Shown here in pieces: positions 50,074 through 60,212 of a DNA stretch of 60,212 nt (its first letter is position 1; each line of letters begins with the position of its first letter). The translations under genes were made by a program, and so were the position numbers. The notes below the pieces were generated by a model that searched no databases, had not been told where the DNA came from, and saw only the letters and a list, made by a program, of their open reading frames with translations. The stretch covers positions 1-60,212 of the forward strand of contig NW_005434554.1 in NCBI RefSeq assembly GCF_000315625.1, in the 5' to 3' direction. This DNA is from Guillardia theta CCMP2712. Lineage: Eukaryota; Protista; Cryptophyta.

Positions 50074-50742
50074 TTCCAGAGACTATCAGAGGGTAGACAT
50101 ACATTAGGATAGCTGTTTGATCGGAAACATGATTGGTGGTAGTTTTCAAATGGTCTGTCGGGTTTCAGAGCCTCTAGCAGCAGTAATTTTTGTGCAGATT
50201 GGTGACATCCTGTGACAACCTTGCGTTTCAAGTAACCTTGCAATACACTTGCATGAGACTGAACTCACTGAATGACTGCAATGACTGATTACTCTCATTC
50301 CAGCTGCATCATCGCACTTATGTCACAAGTCACATCTCCCATCCATGTAGCTCCAGGGATGTTGCCCCTGTGGTGGCAGTGCGTCAGGTTTCCTATATGT
50401 CCTCTGGTGCCCTCTTTCAATTCCCAATATTTCAAGTGAGGCGGACTGCAAGTGATTATGTAAAAGGCCTAAGTACTCATAGATAAGTAAAATTTGGATA
50501 GTTGTGTGGACTTTGAAAAGTTTGAAAGACTGGCAATGGCAGAAGCGTGCTTGGAGCAGTGGAAGGCGAGAACAGGTGAGAGGAGGGAGAGAGGGAGGGA
50601 GAAAAGAGAGAAAGAATGGAGGGAGATGGGGGAGGGAGGACGCGCATCAGACAGAAAGACAGCGACAGAGACAGAGACAGAGACAGAGACAGAGTCAGTG
50701 TGAGAAAGATGGAGAGTTAGAAAGTTTATCGAGCGCTCTGAG

Positions 50743-52228
50743 CATGATGGTGACTTTCTCAACCAGCCGCTGTCAGTCTAGCTCGGAAGGCGACTAGCCA
50801 GGAGGAGAGGAGCCTTGCCTTGAGGAGGGCGGCACTGAACGGGTGGTCGTCTACTTGCACAGCTCGAGTAGCAACTCAGAACGAACACAGAGGTCAAAAC
50901 TCGTGTCTGGTACATCCCAGCGCTACTGACAAGAATCATCCTCGTCTCGTCTGTCCAGTCTCTTCGCCGAGGACCAGAGCGCCAACACGCACCGATGCAT
51001 CAGTATCAAGACACAGCATAAGGTCGAACGAGTCTATGGTAGCCGATGCTCTCACTCCGTCTGGCCTCGTCTGATCTGATCCAGGCGTCGAATGTATCGC
51101 TAGATGCTGACGTTGATCAGAAGATATGGGAGCACACGGTGAAGAGAGCGCGTCGTGTGACCTCAGAGGAACATGTGTGATGTGATTGATAACAGGAAGG
51201 GAAGAAGGACCAGGAAGAAATGACAAAGCTAGCAAAGTGAGCTCAACATGCAAAGGTTCCTGCTCTCACTCGAGTTGCAGGAGGATGGAAAAACTGTCCA
51301 ATCAAGTCGTGTACTTGGAGAGTAAGAACAAGATATTGGAGAACGAAAACAGGTGGAGATCGGTATTGGTTGTCATGAGATCGATCCTGGTGGTTTCAGG
51401 GCCCTGACCGCCCAGGCGACTGCAGACAGGCAATTAGCTTCATACGCATCGAGTTATTCCAGTGCTGCGGTGAGATGACGGGATTTTGATGAGCCTGACT
51501 GACAGCCCTCCAGTTACAGTCGCTGGAAGAAAAGAAAGCGCTCGAGAGAAAGTTGCAACAGGTACTTGTTCATGGTTCAAAGAGGAACAACTGACATCAT
51601 GTCATTGGTCTCAGGAGGCTCTTGAAGCAGATGCTCTGCGCGATCTCTTAAGGATGAAAGATGATACAATCAGCGACCTCAAGGTCGTGCGAAGGCTTCC
51701 TTGCAAGTACTGACGATTCCTGGATGGCAGCGAGAAGCTGATGAGCATGCCGAAAGGATCAGCCAACTACAGGGGTCAGCAGCGGAGCTCTACTCTCCTA
51801 TTCCTTACTCTTGCCTAGGACTATCGAGTATCTTCAGAGGAGAATGCAAGAGAATGAGAACGAGAAGATGTCTTTGAAGAAGGAAACAGAGAGGCTGAGT
51901 CAGGAGCTCGAGACCAAGGTTAGTCTCTGTGTCCGACGTGTTGAGAACGTTAATGATCACCCTTCAGACTACTTACAAAGATGTCGCGGTTCAAGCCAAC
52001 CCGGACGTCATGGAGAAGTTGATCGAGAGCGACAGGTCTGGCTTGATGATCGTAAGTGTGAAATTCTCTGTGATGGTTGCCCCCAGCGAAATCTCTCACG
52101 TCAGCCTCGATGAGAATCATTTGGAAGAAGACTTCAAGTCTGCTGACTTGCTCTTTGACGAGTCTGGTAAGCACAGCTCTCCTTGCTATCACGAGTTCAA
52201 GTCTCTTGCTGTAGATGAGAGCACTTGA
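50743..52228 (+). CDS. Hypothetical coiled-coil protein with many micro-exons; start uncertain
   Basis: MEKLSNQVVYLESKNKILENEN, LRDLLRMKDDTISDLK and IEYLQRRMQENENEKMSLKKETERLSQELE. Confidence 0.55.
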
Positions 52229-52378
52229 GGTTTCATGCTCAATTCCACTCGTGCCGTCGGGGAATTTCGTCTCTTTTCAACCCTAGCAGGATTTTTTCAG
52301 GATTTTTTTTGACAAGTCTAAAACCTGCATCCCATTGATTCATCTCTGATCAGATGCAAGAGCTTCACGTTGTTTCCA

Positions 52379-54562
52379 TCAGGTGCGAGGGCTCGACCAG
52401 TGCTTGAAGTAATCCATAGAGCTCTCTGCTCAACAAGCATCAACCCTGCACTCTTCAAGCCTCCCTCTCCTACCGATCAACCCCTTCCTTTGCTCCAACG
52501 TCAGCTGCTGAGCATCCTCGAAAGAGATGGGCGAGGAGTCTGATCGCAGAACGTCAGGAAGGAGCGCCAGTCGACACCATCACCAAGGGAGTGCGACGTG
52601 TCAGCCCTCTTGAAGACCCACGCGATGCTGGCGCGAGGGTTGGAGGAGCAGGTCCTGTGACACTGGAAAGACCGTGAGACCTCGAGGGCGGAGGAAGCGG
52701 CTAACCTGGCAGCCCCAGTGTATCGTGTTGCCCATCCAGCCCATCGCCGTGCCAGCCCTCACGGGAGCCAAGGGAAGGACACCGGCGAGAGGGAAGCTAT
52801 CGCTGGGGTAAGGAGGGGGAAAGTAGGGCAGACAGGAGGAGATGGGGACGAGGAGAAAATAACACTGAGGAAGGAGGAAAATAAAAGGGGGAGGAGGATA
52901 GAAGGAACACAACATCACCTTAAGAACGACTTGCCTGCCAACCAGCCCGATTGCTGGGTCGAAGAAGAACTCGTTCAGTTGATGTTCGCGAGCAATCGAG
53001 TGTTGAAGACCTGAACCCACATGTGCTGCATGACGTCATCCCGATCGAAGTTTGCGTCGAACTCCTGCAAGTCACAAGATCAGAGCCAACCGTTCGCATC
53101 ACGTGGAAGAAGAGAAAAAGTCTCCCGGCCCTCAGAGGAAGTCAGGTCACATACGAACCTTCGGCACGACGTACATGCATCCATTCTCCAGCGTGACCTG
53201 CATGACGTCAGCAGATTTTCCTCGCTGACCTCAGCGCGTCAGAAATTTTCTTACGTCAGACACTGGAACCCAGATCGTGACAACTTTTGGTTGACCACTC
53301 GAGTCGTAGCTTCATTGCATGTCAGCAGCCCCTCCATTCTTCATCCTCCAACCCCGACCTGTCGCTGTACGTGTAGTCGCGGTGCGGGAGGGAGAAGTTG
53401 GTCCCGACGTAGCGATTCCCAGACTCTGCTCGGGGCGGCGGTCTCAAGGCAAGCTCGAGAGGCACTATGGCACTGACCTCCAGCCTTGTGGTAGTCCAGG
53501 TGATAGGCGGCGAACGTTGGTTCCAACACCTTCACCTCCTGTCAGGTCACTCCCGAGACCCAGTGAGAAGGTACACAAGGGCCCCCGATCAGTTTTTCTG
53601 CTGCTTCCCACAGCCTCAGCATCACCTAGTCGCCCTCGAGCATCAGCAGCAGCCAGTAACCTCAGCTGTTGTCACCTTCCACGGCTCGTCGTACATCCAG
53701 ATGTAGAAAGTGGGGACGCCCGCCCGTCTCAGACTTCGCATGCCTGTGAGAATCAAGGCTGGCAAGTTTGTCTCTTGGCTCTCTGGCGATAAGAAGTAAC
53801 CCTTCCCAAGGAGGCTCTCCCGGAGGGGGACGATATCAGCCTCTTCTATCCACGAGTCCTCTCCTCTTGACAGTGACGACAGGGAGCAGCTGACAGCCAG
53901 GACGTGATCTACAACTTCGCTCCACTTGTCGGGTCTCGTTTCACTTCTCCACCATTGCTCTCCCTGCGACTCGTGCTGGGCATGCGCCTCAATGCTCGTC
54001 TCTGCCGCTTCCTTCGCCTCCTCCGCTTCCTCCTCCTCGTCTGACGAGTCTTCGCCTCTAGCCTCCATCCGCCGCGCTAACTGTTTCAGCCTCTCGCTTA
54101 GAACATGGAGGGACCGCTCGGGATCTGAGTTCTTCAAAGCCTTGATCGCCGTCATGAGAACCTTGCGAAACTTGTCACATGGACATCGACCTATCAGCAT
54201 CAGGCTACCGCTTTCTCCTCCCTGTCTTGCATTCTTGCGACTCGGCGGCAGACTTCGTTGGTGATATCCTCCTTCATCTTCATAGCCTTGGCTGCAAATC
54301 ACGTCTGAGCATCCCCATGTATATTCCAAGATCCTTACCTGCCAACCCCTTGGCCTTCTTCTCGTCGAGTTCTTGATCAGCATTAGCCTGATAGATATCA
54401 GATCACGATAGCGGAAATAAGTTTATAGCCTCCTCTCTTCCTCTTTACTCCCCTACCATTCTCCTCCTTACTTCTTCCCATCTTTCCGCTCGTCTCGTAC
54501 CAACACGCCCCGACACGCCCCTTTCCTCTCAGCTTCCCCCCTCGTCTCGTCTCGTCTCGTCT

Positions 54563-54603
<41 letters not shown>

Positions 54604-54712
54604 TCCTTCCTCCTCCTCCTCCTCCTCCTCCTCCCACCTCTATCAAGCTTGCCGCCATCATCTGTCGCCGAACCCCAGCGATCCCAGCATTGACGGCCAT
54701 CCTTGCACCCAA
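52379..54712 (-). CDS. Phytanoyl-CoA dioxygenase (PhyH)-like Fe(II)/2-oxoglutarate oxygenase; start uncertain
   Basis: Minus-strand exons PHRDY (H-x-D), WVPVSDV, ENGCMYVVPK, GTAMGWMGNTIHWG (distal His) and NPRASIAW (2OG-binding Arg). Confidence 0.72.
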
Positions 54713-54938
54713 CCAAGCAGCTCATCGCCCTCGTATGCTTACTCATCGCCCTCGTAACCAGCAGTTGATCATCTCCCTCATACCCGCGCCCTGATCTTCC
54801 ATTTGGACCCAACCGCTATGGCAGTGAAGCGGAGGGTGAAGAAGGCGTAGGAGGAGGAGGAGGAGGAGGAGGAGGAGGAGGAGGAGGAGGAGGAGATCAC
54901 CAGCATTGCAGGAGGCAGCTGAAGCGTCCGATCGAAGG

Positions 54939-57900
54939 ATGGTTAACAGGAGGATAAGTCCTGAAGCTGACGACAGGCAGGAGGTCAACCCTTCTGCCTC
55001 GCCAGAAGCCCCACAGGAGCGAAGAGCATGGGAGTCGAGCATCGACAAGCATGGCGTCGAGGCGAACGGGCAAACTTATATCCCTCTCTCCGTTGCCCGA
55101 AACAAGATCGCGGAGGTGCAGGCAGACATGGCAGCTATGAAGGTCGAGCACATAGGAATCGTGGAGGAGCTAGAGAGGCACTACAAGGAGATCGAGAGAG
55201 ATCTCCAGTCGTACTTCCTGGGCTACATCAAGAAGCTCAATGCAGCAGCGGAGCAGAAGGAGAGGGACCATCTCGATCTTGTGGACAAGATCAGTCAGGA
55301 AGCGGACGTCTACCGCGAGGTCGCTGAGCGTGAGGTTGCACAGCTGGAGGACGAGGTTCAGAGGAGCCATGAGGAGATAGCGAAGCGAGATGCGCAGATC
55401 GCTGACTTGCAGAAGCAGCTGGCCATACTGAACGAAGACTTCGATCGGCTCGGCCATGACGACCATGTCCAGATAGCCGGCTGCAAGACACGATCAGGAA
55501 GAGGGAGGCGGAGATTGCGCGACTACAATCCGCATGCTCGTCGATGATCCGCTCGATCCTAGTGGAGATGGAGAGCAACTTCAAGGTGCTGCCCGTCGTC
55601 TTCGCCGAGATGGAGGAACGAGGGAGGCACGAGGAAGGGCTCAAGGAGCGGAGCTCCCAGCTGAACCTCCAGCTCGAGCAGCGCAAGATGGAGCTGACGG
55701 ACCTGATGATGGAGAGAGACGTCAAGGTGGCAGACTGTGAGAAGCTTCAGGCCTCCCTGGACTCAGACTCGAGAGTCTTCCATGAGCGCATCGAGGAGAA
55801 GGACGCCGTCCTGGCGAAGCTGAACGAGGAGGCCGAGGAGGCCAGGGCAATCTGTCTCAACCTGGTTCACACCATCAGCAGCATCCAGGCAGAAGCGAGG
55901 GAGGCTGGCGCTTCAGTCCGCGAGCTCGTTGAAGAGCATGCACACGTCCTCTCGATCAGCGAGGACACGCTCTCTCGGATCTCTCACCTTGAGAGCTGGA
56001 TCCAAGACGAGCCCCGGCGAGTCGACGCTGCCGTCCTCGAGGCCCTCCTGCCCCTCGACACGTTCTTGAGCACAGCGTCTAAGCAGCTCGGCCTCTCTGC
56101 AAGAGGAGAGGGTGAGGCAGTGGAGGCTGAAGGTGGCGCGGAGGAGCGCACACTTGACCCGAGCTCGCTTGCAGCGCTGCTGACCTTCATGGAGAACTGG
56201 TTGGATAGTGAGAAGGAGAAGGAGGAGAAGAGCGCGTGGGAGGGGCCGCAGAGGCCGCATGGAGTCATCGCCTACACGCAATCATCATCAGGTGTTTTCC
56301 CTTGCTCGTTTGTCGTTTGTTGATTGACGTTGTTGCGATCAGTGGTAGAGGTGAAGGAATCAACCAGGACGGCGATCAAGTCCGTGTCGTCGCTGATGAT
56401 CAAGAAGATAGTCGATCTCTCACAGCAGCTGAGCTCCAACAGCAGGCGGATGGAAGAGGCCTTGCGCGAGGATGTCGAGGCGATGCAGGCGTGCGGTCTG
56501 CTGGTGCAGGAGGAGTTGAGGGAGTGCGAGGAGCTTCAGAAGTTCATGGACGAGAACCAGCGGCAGCTGCTCTCGTTCAAGAGCAAGTCGGAGATCTTCG
56601 ACAAGGAGATGAAGGCACTCCATGATGACATCAAGGTCTGCTTCGAGATGATCGAAGCTGAAGTCCCGAGCATCGAAAAATCGTTCTCCGACCTTGCTGC
56701 CGGCCAGATGGCGATCTCTTCCTCCGGCTACTCCAAGGTGCAGCTGAAGCAGGCGGAGGAGAAACTACAGTCGTTCAGCAAAGGAGAGGCAGAGGGCGCG
56801 AAGAACGCTGCGATCTCTTTGCAGAAGCAGCAGCAGAAACTCGCTGAGAAGCGAGGGCAGCTGGACGATGCTGTGAGCCGGTTGCAGGCGGAGAGGGAGG
56901 CGTTTGAGCAGGAGAAAGAGGAACTTGACAACATGGACACTGAGACGAAGGAGGAGTACCTACGGATCCGCCTGATGGAGTTTGACAAGCTGAAGCGGAA
57001 GCTGGATGAGAAGCAAAAGGAGCTCGACAGCTACATCGAGGCGAACTCGAAGATGCAGATCATCCTCGCGTCGACGGGGGAGAAGGAGAACCTGGACATG
57101 AAGGAAGTGCAGGAGATGATTCAGAGGCACACAGAGGAGATGGACGAGCTCAGAACGACGACTGAGCGCAAGATCAACAAGCTGCAGCTTGAGAACAGCC
57201 AGCTGAGGGAGTCGCTGGACGCGGACAAGGAGCAGCTGCAGGATGTTGTGGATCAGCTGCAGGACGACCTGGAGGAAGCGAACAAGAAGCTGGTGCAGTC
57301 CTACGACGACATCGAGAGCCTGAGCAACCAAGTCGAGGCGGAGCAGAAGAAGCTGTTCCAGCGAGAGCAGGAGCTCTACCAGGAGATCCTCGCGCTGAAG
57401 CAGGAGATTGCCAACCTGCAGTCGAAGGAGCTCATGGAGAAGGCACAGGAGACGGAAGCTCGTCATGCAGAGGCGCAGGAGGACAAGACTAGGATCGAGC
57501 AGAAGCTCAAGGACGCCAAGGAGCAGCTGAAGGTCGTGGAGACGCGGGACAAGGAGGAGGCGAAAGCTGCCGGGGTGACGAAGATGAAGAGGTCGGAGAC
57601 AGCAAAGGATCTCTACTGGGAGGTAGAGCAGCTGTCGCAGGACCTCACTACAAGGAAGAAGCAGATACAGGAGGTGCTCAGACCCTTGTTCTCCTCCTCC
57701 ACCACCACTTCCACCACCACCACCACCACCACCACTACTTCCTCCTCCTCTTTCCTCCACCGTCCTCATCCTCGTCCTTCTCCCGCTCGTTTGCTCCTCC
57801 TCCTCGCCTTTCTCTCCCTACACGCCTTCTACCTCTCCTTTTTGTCTCTCTGGTTTGTTTTTTCCTCGCTCGAGTCTCCCCGTCCTTGTTACTTTCCCCC

Positions 57901-60212
57901 TTCACACCTTTACGCCCGCAGGCGAACGAGACGCTGCAAGAGCTGAAGCTGAAGCAAGAGCAAGTCGCGGAGGAGACAAAAGTAAGAGAGGAGGGGAGGA
58001 GTATGGTGCGTCCTCACTCCTCCTGTCAGGCTCGAGTAGATGCTGAGAAGGAGGAAGCTGAGAAAGAGCACAAGTCGAGGATGGAAGCGATGGAGGCAGA
58101 GTTTGAAGAGCGAAGGTCAGCAAGCGCCTCCTCGATGCCTCTCAAGTCTTTGTGCAGGATCCAACTGCAGAAGCAGCAGCAGGAGAAGCAGGCGCTGCTC
58201 AAGAAGTACCAGGAGGCTGTGCAGGAGGTCGCGAGCGAGGAGCAAACGGATTTCCTCAAAGACCTCAAGGTTCATCAGGGAGGAGGGACGGAGATGAGGA
58301 GGGAGCGAGGGAGCGAGGGAACAAGAGAAGAGGGAGGGAGGGAGCGAGGGAACAAGACAAGAGGGAGGGAGGGAGGGAGGGAACAAGACAAGAGGGAGCG
58401 AGGGAACAAGAGAAGAAAGAGAGAGGAGAGGGAGGAAGCTGATCGCGTTGTCAGGATGATCTCATGGATGAGTCGGAGGAGAGTGGCTCAACTGCTGCGG
58501 CAGTGAAGTCGCAGCCCTCAGAGAAATCTTCTGCTGACAAGGCTGAGAAAGCTAAAGTGAGGAGCAATGATTTCCTTCCTCCCATCTCCCTCCGTCTGCT
58601 CTCTCTGTCTCTCTGTCTCTGTCCCTCCCTCCACTCTCTCTCTACCACTCACTTCCTTCTTGCTCTTGAAGCTATTGTTGTTTCTTTCTCGATTTCAGCC
58701 TGTCCTACTGTTCACCATCATCTCCAATTACCTCCTCCGTCTCATCTCATCTCCTTCCTCCTGGTTTCCTTCTCTCGCCTCCCTCTCTCCTCTCTTCTCC
58801 CCTCCCCTTTCCCTCCTCTTCTAATCTTCACGTCGATCAGGCCAAGGCACAGAGTATCCTGCAGCAGAAGAAAGAGCAGGCGAGCAACTCTCAGCAGAAC
58901 GCCAACAACAACAGCAAGCAGGTCAGCTGCTGGGCCCTTGCTGGAGGGCTCCTGGCATCTCAGCTGACCTGGTGCAGCTGCGAGACGCGGAGAGGAAGAA
59001 TCGTCAGCTCGAGGCCGCAAACTCGAAACTCCAGCAGAAAGTCTCTGAGGTGGGCATTTGCCGATCAGATCCTCAACCCTCCCTGTCTGTTGGATGCCGA
59101 CACTTACTCCCTGCCTCCTCCTCCTCCTCCTCCTCCTCCTCCTCTCCTCCTCTTCCTCCTCCTCGTGCTCTCCCTCCTACCTCTTGCTCCTCTTCTTTTC
59201 CTCCGTTTATTCTTACCCTTCTTGTCCTCGTCCTCGTCCTTGTTTCTTCCTCCGCTTGCCTTCGGATGATTTCCGATATTTTCTTGCAGCTGGAAGCAAA
59301 GCTCGCAGACGGGAAGGCCGTGGGAGGTGGAGGTGGCACGTCCGGTGGGAAGGTCACAGACCAGAAAGCGAAGAAACTGGAGAAGGTTGGAGGAGGAGGA
59401 GGAGGAGAGGAGCAGGAGCAGGAGGGAGGAGGAGGAGAAGGAGGAGGAGGGAGGAGGAGGGAGGAAGAGGAGAAGGAGGAGGAGGGAGGAGGAGGAGGAG
59501 GGAGGAAGAGGAGAAGGAGCAGGAGCAGGAGGGAGGTGGGGTGCAGGGAGCTTGTTCACGCTGAATTCCATTGAAGGACCTGGAGAACATGAAGAAGAGG
59601 GAAGAAAAGGCCAAGGCAAATGCTGGAAACGCTGCTACCAGGCTGTCAGAGCTCGAGAAGGAGAATAAGAAGATGTCTCAGGTCTTCTTGTCCTCCCTAC
59701 TCCTCCCTCCTATCCCTCTTCCCTCTCTCTCCCTCCTCTGGCCCTCTACTCATATCCCTCCTCCTCCCCGCCCTTCTTGCCTCCCCTCCCCTCCCCTCCC
59801 CTCTCTGTTCTCCTCTCCTCCCTCCTCATCAACCGGTCTCATTCCCCTGACGTCCCTGCAGGATCTGGACAAGAAGCTCAAAGAGAACAAGGAGCTCACT
59901 GACCGCGTCGAGCAGCTCTCAGCGTTCAAGGAGCGAGCAGAGAAGGCGGAGGCAGCGCTGGAGGAGAAAGAGAAGACGCTCAAGGAGCTGGAGGGAGAGT
60001 ACAAGAAGGAGGTCGCCCTCCGCAAGAAATATTACAACCAGATCGAGGACATGAAAGGAAAGATCAGAGTCTACGCTCGTTGCCGCCCCTTCGCCAAGTA
60101 TGAGATCGAGAAGGTTAAACTTCCTCCCCCTTCCTCCTCCTCCTCCTCCTCTCCAACCCCCCAACCCCCTCCTCTCCTCCTCTTCTCCACTCTCTTCCTC
60201 CTCATGCTGATC
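54939..60212 (+). CDS. Kinesin-14 (C-terminal motor) with a very long N-terminal coiled coil; truncated by the window end
   Basis: More than 1000 codons of coiled-coil exons, then the neck and motor start EVALRKKYYNQIEDMKGKIRVYARCRP at about 60010-60090. Confidence 0.88.

Overview
This is eukaryotic nuclear DNA, not prokaryotic. It is gene-dense, with many short GT-AG introns (about 45-60 nt), GGA/GAGAG microsatellite-filled introns and three N gaps. A galactolipid synthase, a plant/protist organellar DNA polymerase and the intron style point to an alga, most consistent with a cryptophyte such as Guillardia (inference). Gene order: a shuffled repeat mosaic (1-3.6 kb), Vps34-type PI3-kinase (+), organellar family-A DNA polymerase (-), a 21-bp minisatellite, SR-related RRM protein (+), long-chain acyl-CoA synthetase (+), ankyrin protein (-), MGDG synthase (+), two large helical-repeat unknowns, a type I membrane protein with five bacterial-adhesin-like Ig/cadherin repeats (+), cyclin B (+), CENP-S/MHF1 (-), several hypotheticals, an FKBP (-), a Crypton/tyrosine-recombinase-derived gene with a degenerate active site (+), a PhyH-like dioxygenase (-) and a 3'-truncated kinesin-14 (+). 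The best novelty candidates are the apparently domesticated Crypton-derived protein (47022-50073), the adhesin-like surface protein and the modular repeat mosaic. Gene boundaries are read by eye across introns and are approximate where stated.
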